Positions 25,691-38,515 of a DNA stretch of 64,000 bases are shown here, piece after piece. The first letter of the stretch is position 1; each line of letters begins with the position of its first letter. A program made the translations under genes and the position numbers. Below the pieces are notes generated by a model, which made no database searches, was not told the DNA's origin, and worked only from the letters and a program-made list of their open reading frames with translations. Source of the stretch: Heptranchias perlo. Its lineage: Eukaryota. The stretch covers positions 38,440,001 to 38,504,000 of the forward strand of contig NC_090348.1 in assembly GCF_035084215.1 (NCBI RefSeq). The letters run 5' to 3'.

Positions 25691-26065
25691 GTAAGTAAAA
25701 GGCAGACGTTGTCCTGGCTGCAATTATACTGCAATTGGTGTGAAGCAAATTCAACTGGACGTTACCTCTTTGAGGTAGCTACTTTATGTCAAAACTTTAA
25801 AGATTTGGGCAACAGTGCGAACTTTAACTTCTGGCACCAGTACAATGGAAATCTCAGCATGGCACTAGCTTCAAAAGTGCAACAATACAGTAGGCCTTTT
25901 AAGTCTTACTCATTTTGAGTGAGACGCACTCACGTTAATGCAACCTATTTTAATGCATCTCACTCTTAGAAGTAAACGCAGCTTCATGTGTTCAGAGGGC
26001 TTGCAATTGGTCTCACTTTTTTTGATCTTAAATTTCACTCCTTGACATTTCCCTGACATTGACAG

Positions 26066-26172
26066 CTCTGAGTACAACACAAGCCCACACACCTCAAAGT
26101 GGCAGTTGCGGTGCCTTAATATGGCCTGTAAGTGTTTTAAGACGTACTTCTACCTCTGGCTGTGCTGGAGAG
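26066..26172 (+). CDS. Candidate first coding exon; ATG at 26121 encodes MACKCFKTYFYLWLCWR, then a phase-1 intron
   Basis: Acceptor TTGACAG| at 26065, Kozak context AATATGG and consensus donor GAG|GTAAGT at 26172/26173. No homologue recognised. Confidence 0.3.
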
Positions 26173-27124
26173 GTAAGTCTTTTCCTACACCTTCTGCTGA
26201 TTCTCATTATAGCCTGTAACGTTCAGCATTATGTTTCTGCAGATAAAAGACTTCACTTACTCAGCCCTATAATTACATGGGGAAAAAAGTTCATTGTCAG
26301 ATTCACAGCTCAATTAAAACTGGAACCTTCTAGCATTTTGTATTAATGAACTGTAAATTAGTTTCAGCCTTGTTTGTAGGTCTCTGTTTAACGGAATGTG
26401 ACAGCTAAAAAGATCAAAGGGAGCATCTTATATTTTATGAACTTGCATTTGGTAATGGGACAGTGATTTTATTATTGTTAAATTTACACTAACAGTCTCC
26501 GACTCTCTGTTAAAGCAGAAAGGTGTGGCGGCCCTCCAAAACTAAGCAAGTCTCCAACAGACAAGGTCAGATGTGTCAGTGGGGCCTGAATGTGCTCTCT
26601 TAGACTGCCGCTAAGCCAAACACATAAAATATTTACTGTTTGAGCTTCTGTCATAATAAGACGCACTGTTAGAAGCCTTGGAATGACTAAGATCAGAACA
26701 CTTTATAGCCTGTTGGCAGCTCCATTTAGACCTAACAGACCACTTTTCCCCACCCCGTGCACTACGCTCAAGGCCTTTACACTCAATAAAACCTCCTTTG
26801 ATATCATTAACACACAGCCGAAAGGATAACACAAGTTTCATTTCACACAAGTCAATAAGCATTCCTTGTCATTATGTGTCTATCTTGTTCTGTGCGCAGG
26901 GTCTTTATCACTGGGCTGCTACTCCTGTTACTGAAGAATGTAGCACGTCACTCAAGAAATCAGCTCATCTAAATTCACTTTGTGAGCCGCAGTTCAGCAT
27001 TAAAACTGTTCAACAATATGGGCACATTGCAAGGAAGTGAAAGTGAATACTGCCCAGTAAAGGATATGCTTTTAAATGGTCCTTTTTGTTCCATTTTAAC
27101 TCTTCCATTGGATCAAAAGAAGGA

Positions 27125-28010
27125 AAAAATACTTGCATTTATATAGCACCTTATCATAGAATGATACAGCACAGAAGGAGGCCATTCGGCCCATCGTATC
27201 TGTGCCAGCTGTTTGAAAGAACTATCCAAATAGTCTCATTCCCTTGCCCTTTCTCCATAGCCCTGCAAATTTTGCCCCTTCAAGTATTTATCTAATTTCC
27301 TTTTGAAAGTTATTATTGAATCGGCTTCCACCATCCTTTCAGGCAGTACATTCCAGATCATTACAACTCGCTGCGTAAAATAAAATTTCCTCATGTCACC
27401 TCTGGTTCTTTTGCCAATTACCTTAAATCTGTGTCCTCTGGTTATCGACCTCATCTACCACTGGAAACAGTTTCTTTTTATTTACTCTATCAAAACTCTT
27501 CATGATTTTGAACACCTATATCAAATGTCCCCTTAACCTTCTCTGCTATTAGGATATAACCCCCATGTTCTCTAGTCTCTCCACGAAACTGAAGTCTTTC
27601 ATCCCTGGTACCGTTCTCCTCTGCACCCTCTCCAAGGCCTCGACATCCTTCCTAAAGTGTGATGCCCAAATTTGGCCACAATACTTCAGCTGGGGCCTAA
27701 CCAGTGTTTTATCAAGTCTCTCAGAAACATCTCTAAGTGTTTCACATTCAGTGAATCTCCTTGAAGTACTGTTTCAACAGATTTTATGCAGGGAAATATG
27801 GCAGCCATTTTGCACACAAGATCCCACAAAAGGTCAGGATAAATAACCAGTTCTGTGATTTTGGTAGCTGGTCGAGGGAGGAATGTTGGAAAAAGCATTA
27901 GGAGAACCTGCTTGTCTTTGAATTGTACTATGGGATCTTTAATGTTTATCTGAAATCACCACAATAGGCAGCCAGGGCCTCAGTTTAGCATCTTATCCAA
28001 AGAATGGTGC
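27125..28010 (-). mobile_element. Deu-SINE interrupted by a CR1
   Basis: The SINE tail CTTGCATTTATATAGCACC is at 27132-27150. The body resumes after 27714 (ATATGGCAGCCATTTTGCACACAAGATCCCAC...GGGCCTCAGTTTAGCATCTTATCC). Confidence 0.7.
27157..27708 (-). mobile_element. 5'-truncated CR1 LINE
   Basis: ORF 27236..27454 contains TRGHRFKVIGKR and FTQRVVMIWNVLP. TTATCA is duplicated at 27151-27156 and 27709-27714. Confidence 0.9.
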
Positions 28011-28113
28011 AGTGAATAAATGCATTATATTGTGTTGTACTAACACATAAGCCAGAAAGGTCCCACACATTCACTCTTAAATAGTCCATTTAATTTATCT
28101 TTTAGCATTTAGG

Positions 28114-28223
28114 TCATTGGCCAGGAATTTCCTTGGAACTGCTCCTGTGCTACCATTGTAACTTCACCAGACGTGTGGTGAAAACCTGGTTTAAGCCGCT
28201 CCGAGGAAATTGCCGGCAATTGA
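28114..28223. mobile_element. 110-bp MITE-like element
   Basis: TCATTGGCCAGGAATTTCCTTGGA and TCCGAGGAAATTGCCGGCAATTGA form a 19/24 inverted match. Confidence 0.55.
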
Positions 28224-28384
28224 GTCCATTTTTCATTTGAGTTACCAACGCAAAGAATGCAGAAGGAATAAATTATTTGTAAAATTAAGAACAAGCATGA
28301 CCGTAAAAGGTCATTACCATCTAGTAAATTGTTTTGCCAGGTGCTGTACGCAATTTGAGGAAAAAGGAGAGTCTAATCATGCAG

Positions 28385-29040
28385 TAGCAACAATAGTTTG
28401 TATTTATATAACATGTTTAATATGAAGAAATATCCCAAGACACTTCACAAGTATAGTAAGGAAACATGCCAAGGGATTGGTAAGGGTGACCAAAAGCATG
28501 GATGAAAAGATGGGTTTGGAGATGATTTTTAAAGGTGGAGAAGGTTCGAGAAGACATTCCAGAGGTTAGGACCAAGGTGGCTGAAAGCTCTGCCACCAAT
28601 GATGGGGCGAAAGGAAAGGGGATGCTCAGAAGGTCAGAGTCAGGGACAGAGTGTTCAGGAGGATATAAAGCTGGAGGAAATTACAAAATCGAGGGAGAGG
28701 AGACCGTGGAGGGAATTATAGATGAGCATGAAGATCTTAAATTTAATGAATTGGCAGATGTAGGTCAGTGAGGACAGAGATAATGGATAAGTATGATGTA
28801 GTGCAGGACAGGATATGTGCAGCAAAGATTTGGACAAGTTGGAGTTTATAGAGGGTTGAGGATGGGAAGCCAGCAATAGGAACTTGGAATCGTCAAGTCT
28901 GAAGGTAACAAAGGCATGTATAAATGGTTATAATGGCAGAGTAGGTGAAATAGGGGCAGAGATGAGCGAAGTTATGAAGGTAAAAGTAATTGATATTGGT
29001 GAAAGACATGACATGGAGTTTAAAGCTCAGCTCAGGATCT
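28385..29040 (-). mobile_element. Old L2 3' remnant
   Basis: Minus-strand TFRLDDSKFLL, IKFKIFMLIYNSLHGL and TFKNHLQTHLFIHAFG, with the tail near 28385-28450. Confidence 0.75.
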
Positions 29041-30994
29041 CTGGTAATTTCAGCACTCTAATGGTATCTGCTCTAGTGATAGTTTAAAAGTTCATATTGC
29101 AGCCAATAGGGGTGTTTAATTTCCTCTGGCAGCATATTGGTTGATTCAGTTGTGTTAAATGCCTTTGTGCATTATTTTAGCACAGTCATTAACCTGTTTA
29201 AAATAAGTGGGCTAACATCCATGTTAACATAGTAAACAAAGGAATTTTATGCCACTGCAGAAAATCAAACCCCAACATGTTCACAGGAAGCTTAAAACTT
29301 GCAACCAAAATGGCAGAGTTATTCTTCTTGAACATAGTACTGTGCCCATTTATCTAATTTACTGTGCTCCATCATTCTCATGTAATGCAGCGACATATTC
29401 ACTTTACACTGTTGTATAATAACAATGTTATCCAGCTTCTTCCTGAAGCTAGGACCTGTAACAACCAATAAAGCACCTTGTGTTGTCTTTCACAATGAAT
29501 TACTTCAGTGATCTCAAACCAGAATGAATGGAGGCTCAACCAGTGACAATGAGTATTTCAATTGGGAAAAAAAAATTAGCTGGAGATGAATCCATTCTAA
29601 ATCAGGCTTTGGTTGGACCATCCACCATCAAAACCCTTCCATACACTTAAACAACTTAGACCTAGTGGTTTACAAAACTACACTGCCACAAGTTGAACAG
29701 ATATATACATTCCTTAGGAACAACATTTCAGTCGTCATATCAACTTTTTTTTCTGTTCCATATAACTGTAGTGTTAGCTAATGAAACTAGTATACATTGC
29801 TGAATCCACGATGGCTTCCCCACTCAGGCCCCAGTTAAAATACATTTGGGACCTTTTAACATAACATGACCCCAATTTCCATCAATTCACAAGACTCCCA
29901 AGTTTCAAGTGGGTAAGTAACCTACACGTTTTTAACTGCCTGCCCGCCCAGTTTCCTCCAGGTTGGTAGGGTGAAAATCAACCCCATAGCCTCCTCACAA
30001 AATTGTTCCTAAGTGAGATTGAGGTAGCTTTGTCACCAGTGCTGGACATATTACCTGACCAGTAGTCCTCCTTCTTTGGATTCAGATTCCCCTGGCTCTC
30101 CCTCATTCTGCTGCTTCTCCAACATATGCTTCAAAGTAAGATTTGCTAATGCATGGGCAGAAGGAGTTAACTAGTTCCTTGAACCCTCTCATGTTTTGCC
30201 TTATTGCCACCTGTTATACTGACTGTCGTTAAAATGCTGTGGACTGGAAAACAAGTAGGTGCAAATTTGCACCTTCATCTTTAATTAATTTATGATTAAC
30301 AAGCCCTTAACAAGCTGTTAACGTTGGTTTCACCTGTTAACTTTCATTAATCCGGTTCATCTCAGGAGGAATTTTGTGAATGTGGGCAAAACTGTATGTA
30401 CCAAATTACCACACTTAAAAAAAGTAATGTTTATTGTGTGGATTAGCTCTAATTTATCCCTTAGGCTTCAATTATTGCAGATAAATTGTAATTGGGTGCC
30501 TTATTTTTCCATTAGCATTAATGTCCTTATAGTGATTGGTTTGGCAGAGAAGACCAGGCACAGTTTTTTTTTGAACAATGGAGGAAAATCAGCCAAAGAT
30601 TTGCTTTTGCCTGCTGTCTGGAAGATAATCCATTATGATGTTTTCCCAACTTTTTCCATTTTAGCCAGGAGGGTGAGAGGATCTGAAGTTCATGAATTCT
30701 CTGTCTCCAAAGCAAAACATCAGAAGAGCACAAAATAGGTTCAATGAAGAAGCCCCATTGTCACATTATATTTCATCCATTCGGAAGATGACCCTAACAT
30801 TTCCCTATTGCACTGTTCCTTAAATGAGTCCAGTGTCCTCATTTCGACTAACAGCCGTTGCTCACTATCCATTAAAAAAAATACCTCTTTTCTAAACTTG
30901 TCCTTCCTAATCCTGATCCTTTGTCTTCTTTCCCTCTTGTCCTCTGCCTTGGTGTATCTGAAATCATGGCTCCATGTTTACTTTTTCTATCCCC

Positions 30995-31385
30995 TCCAAG
31001 AGACTTGAGCACAAAATCTAGGCTGATACTCCAATGCAGTACAGAGGGACCGCTGTCGGAGTTGTAGTTTTTCGGATGAGATGTTAAACCAAGGCTCCTT
31101 CTGCCCTCTCAGGGGGACGTAAAAAGATCCCATGGCACTATTTCGAAGAAGAGCAAGGGAGTTCTCCCTGGTATCCTAGCTAATATTTATCCCTCAAACT
31201 CCATCACAAAAACAGATTATCTGGTCATTTATCTCAATGCTGTTTGTGGGACCTTGTTGAGTGCAGATTGGCTGCTGCGTTTCCTACATTACATGACTAC
31301 ACTTCAAAAAGTACTTCGCTGGGAAGTGCTTTGGGATGTCCTAAGGTCATGCAGGTGCTATATAAATGCAAGTCTTTCTTTCTAT
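30995..31385 (+). mobile_element. Deu-SINE (5'-truncated)
   Basis: GAGACTTGAGCACAAAATCTAGGCTGA..., TTTCGGATGAGATGTTAAACC and tail GGTGCTATATAAATGCAAGTCTTTCTT. Confidence 0.85.
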
Positions 31386-32429
31386 CCCCTTAAGTATCAT
31401 ATATACCCCTCTGAATGCCTCTTTCTGAGGCTGAAGGATAACTGCTGCAGGATAGCTTAGGTATTTTTCTGCTCATTGAGGCCTCCTTGCGGCATAATTG
31501 GAGGAGGGAAGCTTAATGCTTTTATTGTTTTCAGCCCTGGCGTTTATAGTTTAATGTCTCCAACGGAGAGGAAAAAAGGGAAGGAAATGGGATGTGCCTA
31601 AAATAGCAAGGAATCTAGGAAATGAATCATTAGAAAAACAAATCAAACTAATTTACGGCAAAAAAGGGACGGAGGAAAGTGAATAAAATGAAATAAGAGA
31701 GATTAGGAAATAAAGTGTGCTTAAAATAATTAATCACTTGTAATTTTTAAGTATTGTGATAAAATGGTACAACTGTAATAACCTGAGATGTTTAATGTTG
31801 ATTCTTGCCTGAGGTGGTAATGTCATAGATGATTATCGTAATTTAACTCGACCATTGTGTTTGACAGTTGAAATCAAATAGCAGATTAACAATGATAGAT
31901 AGACCCCTTAGGTCTTATTAATATCAAAAAGATTATCTGCCTCTTATCAATTGCGCATTATTGGTTACGTGGCAAGCCATCAACTTAACATCATTATGGA
32001 AAATCTCCGATTAGTGACTTAAAGACAGCAAATAAAGTGACAAAACATTGACATTGTTGTTTTTGGTCTTCTGGTGTATAATTATATATCACATCATATT
32101 CTTGTCTTTTATCTTATTTTGATTTTCTTTGTTTTCTTTTGTTGCTAGTGGGATTGTCATGTAATATGACCAGTTAACATGTGTGGGTTGGGCAACATGT
32201 GGACCTCAGTGAATGCATGGCTGTGAACTAGTCAATCCAGTGAGATGGATTGAGATTGATTACACAAAGAGTGATCAGCATGTGGAACAGACTTCCGAAT
32301 AGGGTGGTGAAAGCAAACAACCCAGGCATCATTTAAGAAACAGGTTCTTTCTCAATGAACTTGTAATTGTACTGCCTGTAGAATAATGGCTCCTGTTCCT
32401 TTCTCACTTTTATTTATTCCTTGGGCAAC

Positions 32430-33157
32430 TCTCTCCCTCACCGGCCACTCTCTCAGGCTGATTCAGACAGTCCACAATCTCGGTGTCCTACTTGACCCGA
32501 ATCTGAGCTTCTAACCCTCATATCCTTTCCACCACGAAGACTGCCTATTTCTACCTCGGTAACATCGCCCACCTCTGTGACATTGCTTGCCTCTGTGCCT
32601 CCCTCAGTTCACCTTCCCCTGAAACCCTCATCCATCCCTTTGTCACTTCCAGACTTAACTATTCCAATGCTCTCCTGACCAACCTCCATCCTAAACCAGC
32701 TTATCCAAAACTCTGCTGCCTATATCCTATACCATGGCAAGTTCCGCTTACCCATCACCCCTATGCTCATTGACCTACAATGGCTCCCCGTCCCCCAGCA
32801 CCTCCAATTTAAAATTATCATCCCCATGATTATATCCCTAAATGGTCTCACCCCTCCCTATCACTGTAACCTCGTCCAGCCCTATAACCCCCCCTCCCCA
32901 TCTCCCCCCACTCCTGTAACTCTCCACTCCTTTGGCTCTGCCCCCCCCCCCCCTCCCCTCCCTTCTCTTCACTATTGTTGGCCATGCCTTCAGTCACCTA
33001 GGCCCCACACTCTGCAATTCCCTACCTAAACCCTGCCACCTTCTTCTCCTCCTTTAAGACCCTCCTTAACATCCATCTGTTTGACCAAACTTTTGACTTA
33101 GCATCCATTTATTTTCCTATGTTAAAGGTGCTATATAAATACAAGCTGTTGTTGTTG
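32430..33157 (+). mobile_element. L2 3' fragment
   Basis: LIHPFVTSRLNYSN and LQWLPVPQHLQFKI, with tail GTTAAAGGTGCTATATAAATACAAGCTGTTGTTGTT. Confidence 0.8.
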
Positions 33158-33169
33158 GGAGCAAAATTG

Positions 33170-34690
33170 AGAAGTACCTAAGTGAAAATAACCTAGTAAG
33201 CGGTAGCCACTATGGTTTCAGAAGTGGCAGATCCTGTCTGCCCAATCTCCTTGACTTTTTTGAGGAAGTGCTACCCCAGGTAAATGTTAGAAAGCTTTAC
33301 AGTTTAGTATGCCTAGACTTCTCGAAAGCCTTTGATAAAGTACAACATGAAAGGCTACTGAAGAAACGTAATGAAGTAGATAGCCTAGGTTAAACTTGGA
33401 GTTGGATAAGGAATTGACTGAAAGAAAGAAAGCAAGTAGTGGATATTGGTTAGGTGAGTAATATGAAATTGGGGCTAGGTACTGAATAAATTGCTGCAGG
33501 GATCAATGCGGGGATAGTTATTGTTTCTGATAAATGACCTGGATTCAGAAACACAATGTAACTTGGTCAAATTTGCAGATGATACGAAACTGGGGCTGAA
33601 GACGGAACAGGTAGAATCTGACAAAGCAGCTAAGGAATTACACAAGGACAATATTTGCAATTGGGTAGAACTATGGTAGATAAAGTTCGATACAGGCCTC
33701 ATTGATTCCTATTATCAGAGAATTATGTCAAACTAGTTGGGGAAGAGTTCTGGCAGTGACAGTAGATTTAACACTCACCATGTTCAGATATTGCAGAATA
33801 GCAAATAACAAAGCAAACAGAATGCTGAGCTATATTGCCTAAGCATAAGTCTCAGGCTGTCTTGCTGAAGCTGTATGTCATATTTCAGTACAGCACTGAG
33901 GGAGTGCAGCACTGTCGGAGGTGCTGTCTTTCGGATGAGACATTAAACTGAGGCCCCGTCTGCCCCCTTAGGTGGATGTAAAAGATCCCATGGCACTATT
34001 TCGAAGAAGAACAGGGGAGTTCATTGGTGTCCTGCCTAACATTTATCCCTCTACCAACATCACTAAAACAGATTATTTGGTTATCACATTGCTGTTAGTG
34101 GGAGCATGCGATGCACAATTTGGCAGCCGTGATTCCATCAAAATAGTGACTACACTTCAAAAGTACTTCATTGGCTGTAAAGCACTTTGGGACATCCTGA
34201 AGTCATGAAAAGTGATATATAAACACAAGTTCTTTTTTTCTTATGCTCTGGTCAGGGTGCATTTTAAATACTGCATCTATTTCTATTCACTGAGGCACAA
34301 GGGAACGAAAGGCCACAAGGCTGATCTCCGGTGTCAGAGAACAGTGTTATGAGGAAAGGTTAGAAAAACTTGAATTTGTTGAAAGGAAGCAAATATGAGG
34401 GAACATTACAGAGGTATATAAGACACTGTGGAGTAGAAAAGGGTTAACCTTGAGCACTATTTTAAGTTAAACTATGATTGCACGAAAAGGGGACATAGGT
34501 ACAAACTAGCAAAAGGCATGCTCAGGGCTGATATTAAGAAGCACTTCTTCACAGAAAGCATGATCAATACCTGAAATGGTCATCTGGGTGAGATATTGGA
34601 GGCAATAATTTTGGAGTCATTCAAGAAGCACTGAAGCACTATCATGGGGGGTGAATCTTATGTTTCAATGAAATGATGATCTCCACATGA
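33170..34690 (+). mobile_element. Old CR1 RT remnant interrupted by a SINE
   Basis: HYGFRSGRSCLPNLLDFFEEV, LDFSKAFDKVQH and KFADDTKLG, later RGHRYKL and FFTESMINT*NG. Confidence 0.8.
33880..34240 (+). mobile_element. Deu-SINE nested in the old CR1
   Basis: GAGGGAGTGCAGCACTGTCGGAGGTGCTGTCTTTCGGATGAGACATTAAACTGAGGCCCCGTCTGCCC. Confidence 0.88.
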
Positions 34691-36409
34691 ATACCAAGAT
34701 CTTTGTGGCTTGACATTCACTCTTTAATGGGTCTGATTTTCCCTGCCTCTTGATCTTTCACTTTTGTCCGACTTTCTCTGTTTTTCTCTCTCGCACAAAC
34801 CACCTTCTTGTCTCGCCACGTAACAGTATCTCTTTCAACAAATTTCTGTTATTCCTGACCATCCTGGTTTTCCTTCTTTAACAAAACTTTCTCTGTCCCA
34901 GCCTGTTTTTTTCCAAATCTGCCAAAAAACCATCAACTGTTTTCTATTGAGCAAAATGCTACCCAAAGAAACTTACTTAACTTTTGCCTGTTTCATAACA
35001 AGTGAGATTTTATCTTGGAAGAGCTTTTAAAAAAATAATTGGTGCTTTTATTTCCCCATATATGCATACAGGGAAAAGCATGCTTCCTGCTTCTTTTTTG
35101 GGTTGTCGCATATTTATACCTCAACCTCTTAGATCATATAACGCACCATTTAATCATCCCTTCCCTCCACCATCCATTAGTTTTTTTTATTCTTCCCTGT
35201 TTCCTTAAGTGCACAAACATGATGTGATTTTGACAATTGTCCTGACAATTGATAGACAATAGTCTTATCTTCTGTGCCTCAAATTGTTCTTAATTTTGTT
35301 AGGACCACTATACCTTTCTCCACCATTTTGAAGCCCCATTTCCACTGCTGGTCCACTATTTTGCACCAAGACTGAAAATCTTGCCTTTCCAATCTTGGAG
35401 TATGTTATTCCAGTGAGGTATCTGAAAGGAATCCACACTTTCAACAACAACTTTTTTACTGGTAGTAATCCAAGGATAACCAATCTAATTCGACACTTTG
35501 ATAGATTCAGGTTTGACAATTCCTATTCAATTATATATTTTGTGATAATTTAACTATATTGACCGAAACAATTTCTTCCCTACAGTCCGTTCCCTCCTCC
35601 TAGAATTGTGAGACTCATGGCCAATCCCCCACAAACACCTTGTCACTCAATGGTGAGCCACTAGACGATGCACCAGAGTGGTCCGGATTGATTCATACTT
35701 TCACTTTCCAAAGTCCTCCACCATCCAGGAAGGATATATCCAATTCATTTATGACTTGCTTCTGTTAGAATTTCCAGCAACCCTAAATTAGTTTTTTCGT
35801 AAACAGTTTTACTACACAGATTTTAAACTCAATGTGAGCTGTGCATGCCAACATTGCAGAGGGCCATTATTCTATACCCTTCACTGAAGTATGCATTTAT
35901 TTGCTATAAACTTAACAGGAGCAAAGGGCAGCGAAGGAGTTAGTTTGGGACTCTGAAAGTGTAGACGTGTAAATGATATACACTTAAGAGGAGTGGAATG
36001 CATTAGCGATTTTGATCTTGTTTGCACATGGACTTGTAGTAATAAATTATGCAAACCTTTAAAATGCCTTTGCAGTTAACCCATATGGAACAGAGATAAA
36101 GGCTGAGTTCTGAATCTATCTCTCAGGTACACCCAAACTCATTTTCTGCCTGCCTATATCAGGGTATCATTAAATCATCGATAATATTTTAGAATATGAA
36201 TGACGTGAATAAGTACCCCATTCCTGAAAACAATTCCTCTCACCTGCTCAATGATCAACCCCCATGCTTTTCCCCGCTCCCTTTCTGCCCTCTTTTGCAA
36301 ACTGTTGCAGCTTTTATCTCCCACTCTCTAGTTGCCAACCGAAACTGAAATATCCTTTTTAACCAAGTTAATAGAGAAACACTTTGACATTTTATAGCAT
36401 GCCTTGTTA

Positions 36410-36652
36410 GAAAAAGAACAAGTTCTTTCTTTCTATATAGCACCTTTCATGATCTCAGGACATCCTAAGGCTCTTTACAGCCAATTAGGTATTATTGAAG
36501 TGTAGTCACTGTTGTAATGTAGGAAACACAGCAGCCAATTTGCACACAGCAAGATCACACAAACAGCATTGTGATAATTACCAGATAATCTATTTTAGTG
36601 GTGTTAGTTGAGGGATAAATATTGGCCAGGACACCGGGGAGAACTCCCCTGC
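36410..36652 (-). mobile_element. Deu-SINE 3' half
   Basis: Matches 107-350 (TATATAGCACCTTTCATGA...GAGGGATAAATATTGGCCAGGACACCGGGGAGAACTCCC). Confidence 0.85.
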
Positions 36653-36669
36653 TGGCAGGGGGGAACGTA

Positions 36670-36990
36670 GTAACATAGGAAAAGGAGTAGGCCATTTAGC
36701 CCCTCTCATTCAGTGAGGTCATGGCTGATCTATTACCTAACTCTATATACCTGCCTTAGCCCCATTTCCCTTAATACCTTTGGTTAACAAAAATCTATCA
36801 ATCTCTGATTTAAAATTAACAATTGAGCTAGTATCAACTGCCGTTTGCGGAAGAGAGTTCCAAACTTCTACCATCCTTTCCGTGTAGAAGTGTTTCCTAA
36901 CTTCACTCCTGAAAGTCCTGGCTCTAATTTTTAGGCTATGTCCCCTAGTCCTAGACTCCCCAACCAGCAGAAATAGCTTCTCTCTATCTA
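36670..36990 (-). mobile_element. CR1 3' fragment
   Basis: GGAGTAGGCCATTTAGCCC tail; the minus strand encodes ESRTRGHSLKIR and FYTERMVEVWNSLP. Confidence 0.85.
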
Positions 36991-37151
36991 ATTAGTCCCA
37001 TTACCCTGGTCTTTTTTGAGGCAATTAAATGGGTAGGTGGGACCCATGATAGGGAAAATTGCAGATGGCCAGTGCACAGAAGAGGTTTGAAGGCCTTTTC
37101 TCGTTCCATACTTTCTTTTGTTGTTATAAACAGTCTTGATCCCAAAGTCAT

Positions 37152-37309
37152 GGATGGTAATTTTGACTTTTTACGATAGTGTAAAATGGGTGATATCGAA
37201 TCGGCAGCTTGTTTTACGCAATGGAAATAAAAATCGGGAGAGATGTAAAATAGACTGCCAATTCACAACCACCCATTTTACACTATCGCACAAAGTCAAA
37301 ATTACCCCC
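37152..37309. mobile_element. Palindromic ~158-bp MITE-like element
   Basis: ~62-bp inverted arms, GGTAATTTTGACTTTTTACGATAGTGTAAAATGGGTG... and ...CACCCATTTTACACTATCGCACAAAGTCAAAATTACC. Confidence 0.8.
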
Positions 37310-38433
37310 ACTCTCTCCCTGCAGTCTGATTGATCTTGCATTGCTCTCCATTTTTACAGTTATAATTTTTAAACTTTAAAGTTTGGCAGTCCTCCTTATC
37401 ATTTTCAGGAGCGTCCATTGTCTTGGAAAAGGAGCTATCAACTCTTTGGACCTTAATTCCCCCTGTGCACGATTTGTGCCACACATTTGCCTGGTTGTCA
37501 CATTTGCCATTAATTCCTGCCTGTATTATTTTAATGCAGTTTTAACCCATCCAATAGCAGAAACAGGAATTAAAGGCAAAGGAGATAACTAGTGTGCTAA
37601 AATAGCACGCAGAGGGATTTGGATCTTTATCAGCGTGGTTTTACACAGCGAACGCCAGCCGTAGCTCAGCGCATTATCTAAAGGATAATAGAAAGGTAGG
37701 AGTTTGTTACAAGGTAGGAATAAAACAAGGGGTTCAGAACATTAGAAAAGCAAAACTTAGACAGTTTATCAACTCAAATCGTATGTATATAGCCCGTGAT
37801 TTTCTGTTCATTAATTTTAACGGTGGAAATTATGGGCTGGTTAGGCACAATTTCCTGATATTCACTCCTGATGAGTGAGGTTCCAGGACCACCCAAGTGA
37901 AAAATGTACCCTTATATTTACCCTTTTCCGAAGGGTGTTAATAGCTTTCTCTCAGTCTGTCTGTCTCTCATTCTTTTCATTTATGTACCCTCAATTTTCC
38001 CCCCGTTGTACCCTCCTACTCTTCTGAAAGCGTCCAATCTTCATGTCTGAATTTGGGCAGTGAAGCCAGGATTTCTTGCTTAACTCTAGGTCAGGATGTG
38101 TAATGGCCTGGCATGCAGCAGGAGTGCTCAAGAGGAAAATCCCAGCCTGAGTGTCCCCAGGCTATTTGACAATGGAAAAACTTTACTCCTGAGCCCAATC
38201 CTACCCTCACCTAATGTCCACATCACTAGATATTGATCATGTGTTAGCTTGCTCTTTTTTTTCCATCCCGAGCCCTGAGACCATTTAGACTTACTGTAAC
38301 ATGCACACTGCTGCACTGACTGATATCAGCTAACTCAGCACAGAAGTGAGATCAAACCTAGGACCTTGTAGCTCTATGAGACTGTCAGCTGTGACTCAAT
38401 GGTAGCACTTTCATCTCTGAGCCAGATGGTAAT

Positions 38434-38515
38434 GGGGTGAAATTGGTCTTTGGCAGTAGTGCCAAATGGATAGTGGTGAATTGAAAGCCCAGTTTTACAC
38501 CCTGCCCGATTTTTA
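38434..38515. mobile_element. Half copy of the MITE-like family
   Basis: GGGGTGAAATTGGTCTTTGGCAGTAGTGCCAAATGG...GTTTTACACCCTGCCCGATTTTT. Confidence 0.55.
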
